Below are positions 37,528 through 47,199 of a stretch of DNA of 64,000 nt, piece by piece. The translations under genes were made by a program, and so were the position numbers. Source of the DNA: Candidatus Omnitrophota bacterium (GTDB taxonomy: Bacteria; Omnitrophota; Gorgyraeia; JAGLLT01); assembly GCA_030632085.1 (NCBI GenBank), contig DAOVJY010000004.1, positions 16,000 through 79,999 of the forward strand, written 5' to 3'. The notes under the pieces are model-generated. The model was given only the letters and a program-made list of their open reading frames with translations. It did no database searches and was not told where the DNA came from. Position 1 is the first letter of the stretch. Each line of letters begins with the position of its first letter.

Positions 37528-39015
37528 TTAGAAGGTTACTTTCATAGAACCACAAAGATGTGTAACAAGAGTATCATCAGCTCCAGCAATAATGGTGCTA
37601 GGATCTGTTTTGTAGTAACTACCGGGCCAGAACCAACCGGCTACTAAACCAAGCTGTACATCTTCAGTATAATCATAAGTCAAGCTGAGGTCTAATTCGT
37701 CACCAGCATGCCTATCGCGTCCACTCATAGGAGGTTCTACAAATTGAAAATACGCGTATTTAGCATCTAAATGGACATCATCGATATCCCAGTATGCTAA
37801 AGGTTCGATGTTACCAGATACTAAGATCTGATGCATGTTTCTATCAGCTGCTGTATCATAGGGATCCTGGCTGTTCCAGAAGTTACCGAAGTAACGGCCG
37901 TTCCAACCATAGATAAGTGTATCTGATTTTCTCATGAAAGGAGTCCAGAAATTACCCATCTCACCCTGCTCATGAGGAAAATTATTATAATCTTCACCTT
38001 CACGGAATGTGTAGCAAAGACCCAACTTAGGTACACCGGTAACATCGGCGAATAAATAATCACCACCGACTTCAGCACCCCATGAACTAATATCAACGCT
38101 CTTTACACCGATTACATTATTTTGAGCATCATAATCACGCATACCCCAGTCACCGAACTGGTAGGCAACTTCACCATAAAGATCTAAATTATCTATAGGA
38201 ACCATACTGCCTCTGGCACCAACTGTATGGCTTTCCTGACGAGGCATACTCTCTACGATTGCAGGATCAGAATTTAGACCACCCGCGCCTGGGCCTTGAT
38301 TGATAGTTGTAACTGTACCCATATCCTGTTGATTAAGACCTAAATAGTAAACTTCTAATTCTGAATCATAAGCATCAATTGGCGCGTTAAGGTTAACAAA
38401 CCAAAGGTCAAAATCATCTCTTGAGTTGTATTTGTTTTTTGCATTTGCGAAATTGCCAGCAACGTCAGTACCTTCGTCGATTTTAGAGTATACTAAGTCA
38501 ATAGTAAAATCTTCATAATCGAGTACAGCTTTAATCGCGTCAAACGCGTCGTACTGTGAAAGCTGAGCATATGTATAGATGCTGCCTTCAGGATCAATAA
38601 CGTTTGAACCAAGTACAAAACCTCTACCATAATAGAGAGGTTGACGGCCAACAGTAACTGTTAGCGGCTCATAAAGCATTTCCTGTAAAACAACATAAGC
38701 TTCAGCTATACCGATATCCATAGCAGCTGTGTCCGCGTCATCGTAATCCCAAATTCTCTGATTTACGAGTTTCAAACGAGCCGCTACATTATCAGTTAAG
38801 TCAGCGTCAAAGTTAAGACTTACGGTAGTTGCCCAGAGTGTTGAATCCGGGGAAGTATTGATACTAGTAGCATTATAGAAAAATGTATTGTACTGATCCC
38901 AAATACCGTATGTGTTAACGTCTCCGCTAACTCTTATTCTCTGTACTTCCGCGCTAGCAACTGTACCGATAGCCAGCACTAATACTAAAGCACACATAAG
39001 AGTAAACTTTTTCAT
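37528..39015 (-). CDS. alginate-export-family outer-membrane porin
   Basis: Signal peptide (ASA-E), VTVGRQPL.YG.GF, FDAIK, GDELDL..TYDYTEDV, terminal Phe; strong AAGGAGG RBS. Confidence 0.82.
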   Translation of the reverse strand: MKKFTLMCALVLVLAIGTVASAEVQRIRVSGDVNTYGIWDQYNTFFYNATSINTSPDSTLWATTVSLNFDADLTDNVAARLKLVNQRIWDYDDADTAAMDIGIAEAYVVLQEMLYEPLTVTVGRQPLYYGRGFVLGSNVIDPEGSIYTYAQLSQYDAFDAIKAVLDYEDFTIDLVYSKIDEGTDVAGNFANAKNKYNSRDDFDLWFVNLNAPIDAYDSELEVYYLGLNQQDMGTVTTINQGPGAGGLNSDPAIVESMPRQESHTVGARGSMVPIDNLDLYGEVAYQFGDWGMRDYDAQNNVIGVKSVDISSWGAEVGGDYLFADVTGVPKLGLCYTFREGEDYNNFPHEQGEMGNFWTPFMRKSDTLIYGWNGRYFGNFWNSQDPYDTAADRNMHQILVSGNIEPLAYWDIDDVHLDAKYAYFQFVEPPMSGRDRHAGDELDLSLTYDYTEDVQLGLVAGWFWPGSYYKTDPSTIIAGADDTLVTHLCGSMKVTF

Positions 39016-39231
39016 TTACTTCCTCCTTAAACGTAGTTACATGTAAAATTAATTTATCAATCAACTAGAGCCTTTATTGCCCTAAGTGATATTTACTATT
39101 TATATGCTCATCATCATATAATGGTAACTTCTAGCGTTTAGAGTAGTTTTTATTTCTCCCCCCTTTCTTGCTATGGACTGAAGATACCTACGATGGTAAG
39201 GCCTGCGATACACCTTCTATACTTGAAAGCA

Positions 39232-39260
39232 ATGATATCATATAAATACAAATTTGTCAA
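39232..39260 (-). promoter_or_regulatory. sigma-70 promoter ~200 nt upstream of porin
   Basis: TTGACA-17 bp-TATCAT with TG extension. Confidence 0.65.
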
Positions 39261-39395
39261 GATCCCTTAATTTTTTTTAATATAGCGTATTTTAAGGAGT
39301 TATATTAAATAGTAAGGCACTCCATAAACTAAAATGTTCGTTATTCACTCACATTTTTTGACGCTCATTCAGTGCCAAACTTTGCTTGCAAAGTT

Positions 39396-39472
39396 TGGCG
39401 CCCCAAGCAGGAGTCGAACCTGCGACACCAGGTTTAGGAAACCTGTGCTCTATCCATCTGAGCTATTGGGGC
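39396..39472 (-). tRNA. tRNA-Arg(CCT)
   Basis: GCCCCAATAGCTCAGATGGATAGAGCACAGGTTTCCTAAACCTGGTGTCGCAGGTTCGACTCCTGCTTGGGGCGCCA, complete cloverleaf. Confidence 0.97.
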
Positions 39473-39514
39473 AATTAATACCTATATAGACTATATATAC
39501 TTTATCCTAAATTA

Positions 39515-40753
39515 TCAAGACGCTCGCGGCTTTTTACTTTTTGTCTTGCCTGCAACTTGTGACTTACTTCTTGTGACTTGTGACTTTATACTTGCATCTT
39601 GTTTTTTGCTTTTTGTTTTTTTGCGGGCAGCTCTTAGCTTTTCATTTTTCACTTGTGACTTGTAACTTTGTACTTGTTTTTGTTCTTTTGTTCTTGCTTG
39701 TGACTTATGACTTATGACTTGTGACTTTATACTTGTGACTTGTGACTTACTTCTTGTAACTTTCTTTGATATCTTTTTTTTCTGAACTAATGATTTCTTT
39801 AAACTCTTTTTTGGTGTTGTTGTTTTTGTTTTAGGTTTTGTGCTCTTTTTACAAAGTGTACCTTTAAGATTCTTTTTATGAACCTTAATTACTTTTACAT
39901 TAGTCTTCTTCCCGGATTTTACTTTTGGTTTTTTAACTTCCAACTCCAAGCCTTCCTGAGCCGCCAAATAGAGTTTCAATTTTTTCATAGCGGCATTTTC
40001 TATTTGTCGAACACGCTCTCTGGTTACTCCGAATCTTTTAGCCGTCTCTCCCAGAGTATAACTTGTACCATCTTTAAGGCCAAATCTCAAATTCAATATT
40101 TCTTTCTCCCTTTCAGATATTAAATTTAATAAATTATCAACTCTTTCTTTTCTAAAAACCTTAGCTAATTCATCACTGGGAGAAATCATATTTTCATCTT
40201 CTATTAAATCCATAAACTGACCTGAACCATCCTCGCCTATCGGAGCGTCCAATGAACTTGCTTTTGAGGCAATTTCATCAATCTGTCTGACCTTTTCAAC
40301 ACTCATCTTCATTATGCGAGCAACTTCTTTTATATTGGCGGACCGGCCAAACTTGTGGGCGAGCTGTTCAGTGACTTTTCGCCAACGAGTTATTATTTCA
40401 GCCATATAAACGGGAATTCTTATGGTTTTACCTTGGTTAGCTATAGCCCGTGTAATATACTGCTTTATCCACCAGGAAGCATATGTACTAAAACGATAAC
40501 CTCTTTTTGGGTCAAATTTAGAAACCGCTTTCATTAATCCCAAGTTTCCTTCTTCAATCAAATCTGAGATGGAAACACCAAAATACTTATAGCGCTTAGC
40601 TATATTTATAACTAAGCGCAAATTAGATCGAATCATTTCAGCCCGCGCTTCTTTATCTCCCCTTTTTATTTTCTTAGCTAATTTTTGTTCTCTCTCGGGA
40701 GTAAGTAACGGAATGTCCTTTATGTCTTTTAAATACAGCCGTATTATATCCAT
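39515..40753 (-). CDS. sigma-70 factor (RpoD/RpoS-like) with long Lys/Ser-rich C-terminal tail
   Basis: LYLKDI..IPLLT, NLRLVINIAK, DLIEEGNLGL, RFSTYASWWIKQ, TRERVRQIE; tail of about 140 aa. Confidence 0.93.
   Translation of the reverse strand: MDIIRLYLKDIKDIPLLTPEREQKLAKKIKRGDKEARAEMIRSNLRLVINIAKRYKYFGVSISDLIEEGNLGLMKAVSKFDPKRGYRFSTYASWWIKQYITRAIANQGKTIRIPVYMAEIITRWRKVTEQLAHKFGRSANIKEVARIMKMSVEKVRQIDEIASKASSLDAPIGEDGSGQFMDLIEDENMISPSDELAKVFRKERVDNLLNLISEREKEILNLRFGLKDGTSYTLGETAKRFGVTRERVRQIENAAMKKLKLYLAAQEGLELEVKKPKVKSGKKTNVKVIKVHKKNLKGTLCKKSTKPKTKTTTPKKSLKKSLVQKKKISKKVTRSKSQVTSIKSQVISHKSQARTKEQKQVQSYKSQVKNEKLRAARKKTKSKKQDASIKSQVTRSKSQVAGKTKSKKPRAS
39535..39790 (-). repeat. AAGTCAC-type heptamer tract within sigma-factor CDS
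   Basis: Plus strand cttgtga/cttatga units; encodes VTRSKSQV x2 and SIKSQV x2. Confidence 0.85.
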
Positions 40754-40759
40754 ATAGGG

Positions 40760-43387
40760 TTATTTTCCTAACGCAGCTTGCGCGGCTGCAACTTTAGCTA
40801 TTGGTATTCTATATGGAGAACAACTCACGTATGAAAGGCCTACCTTGTGGCAAAAGTTTACGCTCTTAGGTTCGCCGCCGTGCTCTCCGCAAATACCTGT
40901 TTTAAGATGTTTATTTTTCTTTCTTCCTAAAGCAACCGCTGTTTCAATTAGCTTACCTATACCGGCTATATCCAAAACCTGGAACGGATCATAGTCATAA
41001 ATGCCCATAGAAACATACTCAGGTAAAAATTTGCCCGCGTCATCTCTGGAAAAACCGCAACCCATTTGGGTTAAATCGTTAGTTCCAAAAGAAAAAAAGT
41101 CAGCATACTCAGCAATTTCATCCGCGGTAATTGCGGCGCGAGGAACCTCAATCATAGTTCCTATCTGATAAGCAATCTTTTTCTTTCTTTGCTTAAAGAC
41201 ATTAGCGATAACTACATCCGCTCTTTCTCTGGCTATTTTAAGCTCCATGTAATGGCCCACCAAGGGTATCATTATTTCAGGTTGAACCTTAATGCCCTTA
41301 CCGCTGACGTTAAGGGCGGCTTCAATTATTGCTTGCACCTGCATATCGGATATCTCAGGATAAATTAATCCCAAGCGGCATCCTCTATGGCCAAGCATAG
41401 GGTTAAATTCTTTTAAAGACTCGATCTTGTCCTGAATTTTTGAAACCGAAATCTTCATTACCTTTGACATCTCCTTCTGTCCGGCCGCGTCATGAGGTAA
41501 AAACTCATGCAAAGGCGGATCAAGCAGTCTCACCGTGCAAGGCCTTCCCTTGAGAGCTCTGAATATACCTTCAAAATCTTTTCTTTGAATTGGAAGAAGT
41601 TTGGCTAACGCTTTTTCTCTACCTGCTTTATCGTCAGCTAAAATCATCTGACGAAAAGCGACAATTCTATTCCCCTCAAAAAACATATGTTCAGTTCTGC
41701 AAAGGCCTATACCCTCCGCGCCAAACTTAACGGCAACCTTGGTATCGTGCGGTGTATCAGCATTAGTTCTAACTCCAAGTTTTCTATACTTATCCGCCCA
41801 TTTCATAATCGTAGTAAAATCACCCGATAGGGTTGATTCAACAGTGTCAATTTTACCTATATATACATTGCCCAGCGAACCATTTAATGAAATCCAATCG
41901 CCCTCTTTCACTGTTATATTGCCAACTTTAAATTTCTTAGTTTTGTAATCAATTTTAATATCTCCCGCGCCCGCGACGCAGCACTTACCCATTCCTCGAG
42001 CTACAACAGCGGCATGCGACGTCATACCGCCTCTGGACGTCAGGATACCCTTAGCCGCGTCCATGCCTCCGATATCTTCCGGAGAAGTCTCAATTCTACA
42101 TAAAATAACATCCTTCTTATCCGTTGCCAATCTCTCCGCCTTTTCCGCGCTAAAGACCACTTCACCGCAAGCGGCTCCGGGAGATGCCGGTAAGCCTTTA
42201 GCAATAGGCTTTTTGGCTTTTTCAGCTTTAGGATCAAACATAGGATGCAAAAGTTGGTCCAACTGCTGAGGGTCCATTCTTAATAAAGCGGTTTTTTCAT
42301 CTATCAGTTTTTCTTTTACCATATCAGCAGCTGTCTTAAGCGCGGCTGCCGCCGTTCTTTTTCCGCTTCTGGTTTGAAGCATATAAAGTTTGCCTTCCTG
42401 AATAGTAAATTCAAAATCCTGCATATCTTTATAGTGCCACTCTAACCTTTTTCTAATGTCCATTAGCTGCTTAAAAACTTTCGCGTTAACTTTTTTAAGT
42501 GTCTCAATATGCAATGGAGTTCTAATCCCGGCTACAACATCCTCTCCCTGGGCATTCATTAGATACTCACCGTAAAACACATTCTTGCCGGTTGACGGAT
42601 CTCTTGTAAAAGCAACTCCCGTACCGGAAGTATCCCCCATATTACCAAAAACCATAGCCTGAACATTTACGGCCGTACCCATAAGGCCTCTAATGTCATT
42701 TATCTTACGGTACTTTATAGCTCTCTCGTTATTCCAAGAGCTGAATACAGCGTCTATTGAATATTTGAGTTGAGTTTTAGGGTCGGTTGGAAAATTCTTT
42801 TTTGTAACTTTCTTATAAATCTTCATATATCGCCCTACAACCTCCTGAAGCATGCCGGCATCTAAATCTGTATCGCTTTTAACTTTGCATTTCTTTTTGA
42901 CAGCCTCCAGCTCATGCTCAAAGAATTCGTGTTTTACGCCCATTACAACATCGCCAAACATTTGTATGAATCTTCTATACGAATCCCAGGCAAATCTTTC
43001 ATTGCCGGTTTTATCAATCAGAATATTAATAACATCCGGATTCATGCCTAAGTTTAAAACCGTATCCATCATACCGGGCATAGAAACAGCAGCCCCCGAC
43101 CTAACAGATACTAATAAGGGATTTTTATTATCTCCAAACTTAGCTCCCATGTCTTTTTCAAGCCTTTTGATTCCTAAGTCAACTTGTTTCTCTAATCCTG
43201 CCGGCCACTTCTCTCCTGATTTGTAAAATTGATTGCAAGCCTCGGTAGTTATAGTAAAACCCGGAGGTACCGGCAAATCTATATTTATCATTTCTGCCAG
43301 GTTGGCTCCCTTGCCACCCAGAAGATTTTTCATTTGAGTCTTTCCTTCCGCTTTTCCCGATCCAAAGCTGTAGATAAACTTTTGCAT
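40760..43387 (-). CDS. ppdK: pyruvate, phosphate dikinase
   Basis: LGGKGANLAEM, SVRSGA..SMPGMMDT, GGMTSHAAVVARG, GIGLCRTEHMF, SFGTNDLTQ, GICGEHGG. Confidence 0.98.
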   Translation of the reverse strand: MQKFIYSFGSGKAEGKTQMKNLLGGKGANLAEMINIDLPVPPGFTITTEACNQFYKSGEKWPAGLEKQVDLGIKRLEKDMGAKFGDNKNPLLVSVRSGAAVSMPGMMDTVLNLGMNPDVINILIDKTGNERFAWDSYRRFIQMFGDVVMGVKHEFFEHELEAVKKKCKVKSDTDLDAGMLQEVVGRYMKIYKKVTKKNFPTDPKTQLKYSIDAVFSSWNNERAIKYRKINDIRGLMGTAVNVQAMVFGNMGDTSGTGVAFTRDPSTGKNVFYGEYLMNAQGEDVVAGIRTPLHIETLKKVNAKVFKQLMDIRKRLEWHYKDMQDFEFTIQEGKLYMLQTRSGKRTAAAALKTAADMVKEKLIDEKTALLRMDPQQLDQLLHPMFDPKAEKAKKPIAKGLPASPGAACGEVVFSAEKAERLATDKKDVILCRIETSPEDIGGMDAAKGILTSRGGMTSHAAVVARGMGKCCVAGAGDIKIDYKTKKFKVGNITVKEGDWISLNGSLGNVYIGKIDTVESTLSGDFTTIMKWADKYRKLGVRTNADTPHDTKVAVKFGAEGIGLCRTEHMFFEGNRIVAFRQMILADDKAGREKALAKLLPIQRKDFEGIFRALKGRPCTVRLLDPPLHEFLPHDAAGQKEMSKVMKISVSKIQDKIESLKEFNPMLGHRGCRLGLIYPEISDMQVQAIIEAALNVSGKGIKVQPEIMIPLVGHYMELKIARERADVVIANVFKQRKKKIAYQIGTMIEVPRAAITADEIAEYADFFSFGTNDLTQMGCGFSRDDAGKFLPEYVSMGIYDYDPFQVLDIAGIGKLIETAVALGRKKNKHLKTGICGEHGGEPKSVNFCHKVGLSYVSCSPYRIPIAKVAAAQAALGK

Positions 43388-43411
43388 TACTTCACTCCCT
43401 TTGTTTTGAAA

Positions 43412-45523
43412 TTAATTTTGATTGATTGAAATTCTAGATAAATCCGCTATATTAGCAGCGTACAGTTGATTAATATTTTTCATAAGGGATAGGCGATTAT
43501 TCCGTATTTTGATATTATCAACGTTGACCATTATTTTCTCAAAGAAAACATGCACCGGTTGGCTAAACGCGCTAACATATTTCTCTGTAGCTTGAATATA
43601 CTTCTTTTTATTAATTAAAGCAAGAATATCTTTATTACTTTTTTCGAATATATCCCATAGCTGCTTTTCCAGGTCTTCCTTGAATAATTTCCGACTAACA
43701 CTCGGTAGATCCCTTGACACATTCTTTAATATATTACTGGTGCGTTCAACTATCTTAGAACATTCAAAGAAATCTTTCGACTGCCTTATTTTTTTCAGCT
43801 GATTGATTCTCTCAACGATATCTACGTAATTGTCACAATTAGCCATAATAACCGACTCAATCAATTCACTTTCAATTTCATCCTGAGATAGAAGTTGCCT
43901 AAGCCTCAAATTAAGAAAATCAATTATCTTGGCTTTTAATTCAAATGCCTTTGTCCGATTATTTACAGATATAAGTGAAATACTTTTATCTATAAGTAAA
44001 TTCATAGATATAGACATCTTTTTATTTAATATAATACGCACAACCCCAAGAGCGCTGCGCCTAAGAGCATATGGATCATAACTGCCGGAGGGCAGTAAAC
44101 CCACGCTAAAATAAGCTGTTATATTATCTAATTTATCAGCTAAACTTACTATGGAGCCGGTTATGCTCCCGGGTATATTATCATCTTGCGACTTAGGTTG
44201 GTAATGCTCCAGTATACCTTCCGAAACCAAAGGCTCTTCCTTGAATTTTAAAGCATATCTACTTCCAATAATCCCCTGCAAAGCGGGAAACTCTCTAACC
44301 ATATCAGTAACTAAGTCAGCCTTCACCAGATAGGCGCATCGCCTGACTTTATCTGTTTTATTTTTATCTAAACCCAAATGACGCGCGATAAAATCAGAAA
44401 TATTTATAAGTCTTTCCGTTTTATCGTACATGCTGCCTAAGTCTTTCTGAAAGATAATATTTTTTAATTTATCAACTTTTTTAGCCAGAGGTTCTCTTGT
44501 GTCCCGGCTCAAAAAGAATTCGGCATCTTTCAGCTTAGCCTCTAAAACTTTTTCGTAATTCTCGCAAATATTTTTAGCAACTTCTCTTGATACCTTATTA
44601 TCAATAACCGCTAAGAAAACCGGCATAACTTTACTACTCTTATCTTTAACAGCAAATAGCTTCTGTCCTTTTTTCATACTGGTAATAAGCACTTCTCCGG
44701 GAATTGATAAATATTTCTTATTAAACGAACCGGCAATAAATCCGGGACACTCACAAAGATTAGTTAGTTCATCTAATAAATCAACGTCATGCGCAAGCTC
44801 TCCTTTATATTTCGCCGCCAGAGAAGTTACAGCTTTTTCTATCTTTTGTTTTCTTGAATGAAAATCCAACTCAACATAATTTCTCTTTAAATAGGAAAAA
44901 TAATCTTTTTCATTTTTTACTTTGTGGGCTTTTGGAGATAAGATCTGATGACCGTAAGTTACATTAGACGTCTTTAATCCGGCCAACTCAAAGACTAAAG
45001 GTTTTTGTTTCCATAAAACCATAATCCATCTAATCGGCCTAATAAAGGAATAACCTTTATTCCAACGCATATTCTTGTCGCAATTAATAGAAGCTATCAG
45101 CTCTTTTATAAAATTAGGCAGGATATCGGAAACCTTACTTGCTTGTTCTTTTTTTACACCAAAGACATAATCGCCTTGAGAAGTTTTTTTAATGAGTATA
45201 TCTATTTGTTTTATACCTGTCTTATTTAAAAAACCCAGCAGAGCTCTTGTGGGCTTATTATTATCATCATACGCAATTTCTTTTGAAGGGCCTCTTATCT
45301 CCACTTCTTTAGCCTGCTGTAAGTCATCTACGTTCTTAATATAAATAGTTAATCTTCTGTAAGTATCATGGGTCTCAATTTCGCCATAAGTTATATTATA
45401 AGCCTTAAGTAATTCCTGAGCATTTTTTTTCAGTTGCTTTATTGCCGAATATATAAAACCGGCCGGTAACGGCTCTGTGCCTACTTCAAGTAAGATATTA
45501 TTTATGTTATTTTTATTTGCCAT
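43412..45523 (-). CDS. glyS: glycine--tRNA ligase beta subunit
   Basis: LLEVGTEPLP, FIRPIRW, KADLVTDMVREFPALQG, GSYDPYALRR. Confidence 0.95.
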   Translation of the reverse strand: MANKNNINNILLEVGTEPLPAGFIYSAIKQLKKNAQELLKAYNITYGEIETHDTYRRLTIYIKNVDDLQQAKEVEIRGPSKEIAYDDNNKPTRALLGFLNKTGIKQIDILIKKTSQGDYVFGVKKEQASKVSDILPNFIKELIASINCDKNMRWNKGYSFIRPIRWIMVLWKQKPLVFELAGLKTSNVTYGHQILSPKAHKVKNEKDYFSYLKRNYVELDFHSRKQKIEKAVTSLAAKYKGELAHDVDLLDELTNLCECPGFIAGSFNKKYLSIPGEVLITSMKKGQKLFAVKDKSSKVMPVFLAVIDNKVSREVAKNICENYEKVLEAKLKDAEFFLSRDTREPLAKKVDKLKNIIFQKDLGSMYDKTERLINISDFIARHLGLDKNKTDKVRRCAYLVKADLVTDMVREFPALQGIIGSRYALKFKEEPLVSEGILEHYQPKSQDDNIPGSITGSIVSLADKLDNITAYFSVGLLPSGSYDPYALRRSALGVVRIILNKKMSISMNLLIDKSISLISVNNRTKAFELKAKIIDFLNLRLRQLLSQDEIESELIESVIMANCDNYVDIVERINQLKKIRQSKDFFECSKIVERTSNILKNVSRDLPSVSRKLFKEDLEKQLWDIFEKSNKDILALINKKKYIQATEKYVSAFSQPVHVFFEKIMVNVDNIKIRNNRLSLMKNINQLYAANIADLSRISINQN

Positions 45524-46364
45524 TTTTCTCATAATACATTTGCGCGCACTTATTAGCCAAGCGTCTTACACGAGCAATAAAGGTTGGGCGCTCACTTTGG
45601 CTTATTGCTTTTCTCGCGTCAAGCACATTAAATATATGTGAAACTTTTAAGGTGCATTCATAAGCGGGAATTATCAATTCTTCTTCAATCAGTTTCGCGG
45701 CCTCTCCCTCATAAAGCTCGAATAAATTAAGATACATATCTATATCAGCTTTTTCAAAATTATAAACACAGCTTTCCTTTTCTCTGTCTTTTTGCAGGTC
45801 ACCATACATAACCCCATCAGCCCAAACTAAATCAAATAAATCATACTTGCCCTGCAAAACCATAGCTATGCGCTCCAAGCCGTATGTTAGCTCACAAGCC
45901 ACATCCTTTAATTCCACTCCGCCCATCTGCTGCATATAGGTAAACTGAGTGATTTCTAATCCATCAAGCCATATCTCCCATCCCAATCCTTTAGCACCTA
46001 AAGTAGGAGATGCCCAATCATCTTCAATGAATTTGAAATCATGCTTTTTCAGGTTTATACCGATATACTCAAGGCTATCCTGATAAAGCTTCTTTACATC
46101 ATCCGGGGAAGGTTTCAATATAACCTGGTATTGATAATAGAATTGAGTGCGCAAAGGATTATCCCCATAACGTCCATCAGTCGGCCTTCTTGAGGGCTGC
46201 ACAAAGGCTGTATTCCATTTATTCTTATCAAGACACTTTAAGAATGTAGCCGTGTGAAACGTCCCCGCTCCAACTTCGATATCATAGGGATATACAATTA
46301 CACAACCTTTGCTTTTCCAATATGTTTCCAACTTTGAAATTAAATCTTGAAAGTTCATTATCAT
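45513..46364 (-). CDS. glyQ: glycine--tRNA ligase alpha subunit
   Basis: GAGTFH, QPSRRPTDGRYGDNP, GLGWEIW..EITQFTY, ELTYGLER. Confidence 0.97.
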   Translation of the reverse strand: MIMNFQDLISKLETYWKSKGCVIVYPYDIEVGAGTFHTATFLKCLDKNKWNTAFVQPSRRPTDGRYGDNPLRTQFYYQYQVILKPSPDDVKKLYQDSLEYIGINLKKHDFKFIEDDWASPTLGAKGLGWEIWLDGLEITQFTYMQQMGGVELKDVACELTYGLERIAMVLQGKYDLFDLVWADGVMYGDLQKDREKESCVYNFEKADIDMYLNLFELYEGEAAKLIEEELIIPAYECTLKVSHIFNVLDARKAISQSERPTFIARVRRLANKCAQMYYEKNGK

Positions 46365-46384
46365 TTTTTTAGTTTAATTAGCAT

Positions 46385-46413
46385 ATTCTAACACATCAAT
46401 ATTTACGTGGCAA
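46385..46413 (-). promoter_or_regulatory. sigma-70 promoter of glyQS
   Basis: TTGCCA-17 bp-TAGAAT with TG extension. Confidence 0.55.
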
Positions 46414-46443
46414 TAGCTTTTATGCATTTATAGAGTATAAATC

Positions 46444-47190
46444 CTATACAATCATGTCAATAAAAGTTCTTGAGCGAATATTTTTGTCAATATGGAATTT
46501 GATAAAATCATCTAATATACGGCTTAACTGCCCTTTTACTCTATTGGTCATATTTAAACGCCAGACACTGTCAAAATTAGATTTCTCGATGTGGAGCATG
46601 GAAGCCAGTGTTCCTTTAAATATATCGTGCGACAAACTATCTTTATTGAAACACTTATAACAAATTAAGCCACCGAATTTAGTGCTGAATTTCGCCTTTT
46701 GCTCTATGGAGCTACCACAAGATATACAAAAATCAATGCGGGGTTTAAATCCCGACAGAATTAATGTTTTAACTTCATAAATACTTTTAACCGGTGCCGG
46801 CCTCTTTAGCACTTTTAAAGCCTTAAGGCTTTCATAAATTAACTCAAAAAGCTCATTGTTGTTATCTTCAATTTGCGTTACCGCGTCTAATAAATCAATA
46901 AAATATAACGCGTGCACCAGACGCTCATAGTCAGTTCTAATTTCAAAAAAATAATCAATCAAATCACATTGGCTAATGGTGTAAAGGCCGCCTCTTTTCT
47001 TCTTATAAAAAACAACTTCACAAAGCGTAAATGGTTCAAGAAAGTTGACCGACTTATTTTGAATACCCCGGACACCTTTCATAACTCCACTTATTTTCCC
47101 GAAGTCTTTAGTATAAAGTGTAACTAAAACAGAGGTTTCACGCAGCTTTTGACGCTTTAAAACAATAGCTTGAGATTTTTCTATAGACAT
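46444..47190 (-). CDS. recO: DNA repair protein RecO
   Basis: AIVLK..ETS..TLYT..GKI..KGVR, LEPF, CISC..GGLICYKC; adjacent to glyQ. Confidence 0.92.
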   Translation of the reverse strand: MSIEKSQAIVLKRQKLRETSVLVTLYTKDFGKISGVMKGVRGIQNKSVNFLEPFTLCEVVFYKKKRGGLYTISQCDLIDYFFEIRTDYERLVHALYFIDLLDAVTQIEDNNNELFELIYESLKALKVLKRPAPVKSIYEVKTLILSGFKPRIDFCISCGSSIEQKAKFSTKFGGLICYKCFNKDSLSHDIFKGTLASMLHIEKSNFDSVWRLNMTNRVKGQLSRILDDFIKFHIDKNIRSRTFIDMIV

Positions 47191-47199
47191 ATTATTGAA

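Noticed and set aside
39260-39472. Prophage or island integrated at tRNA-Arg
   Set aside because: No integrase and no duplicated tRNA 3' end seen in the window.
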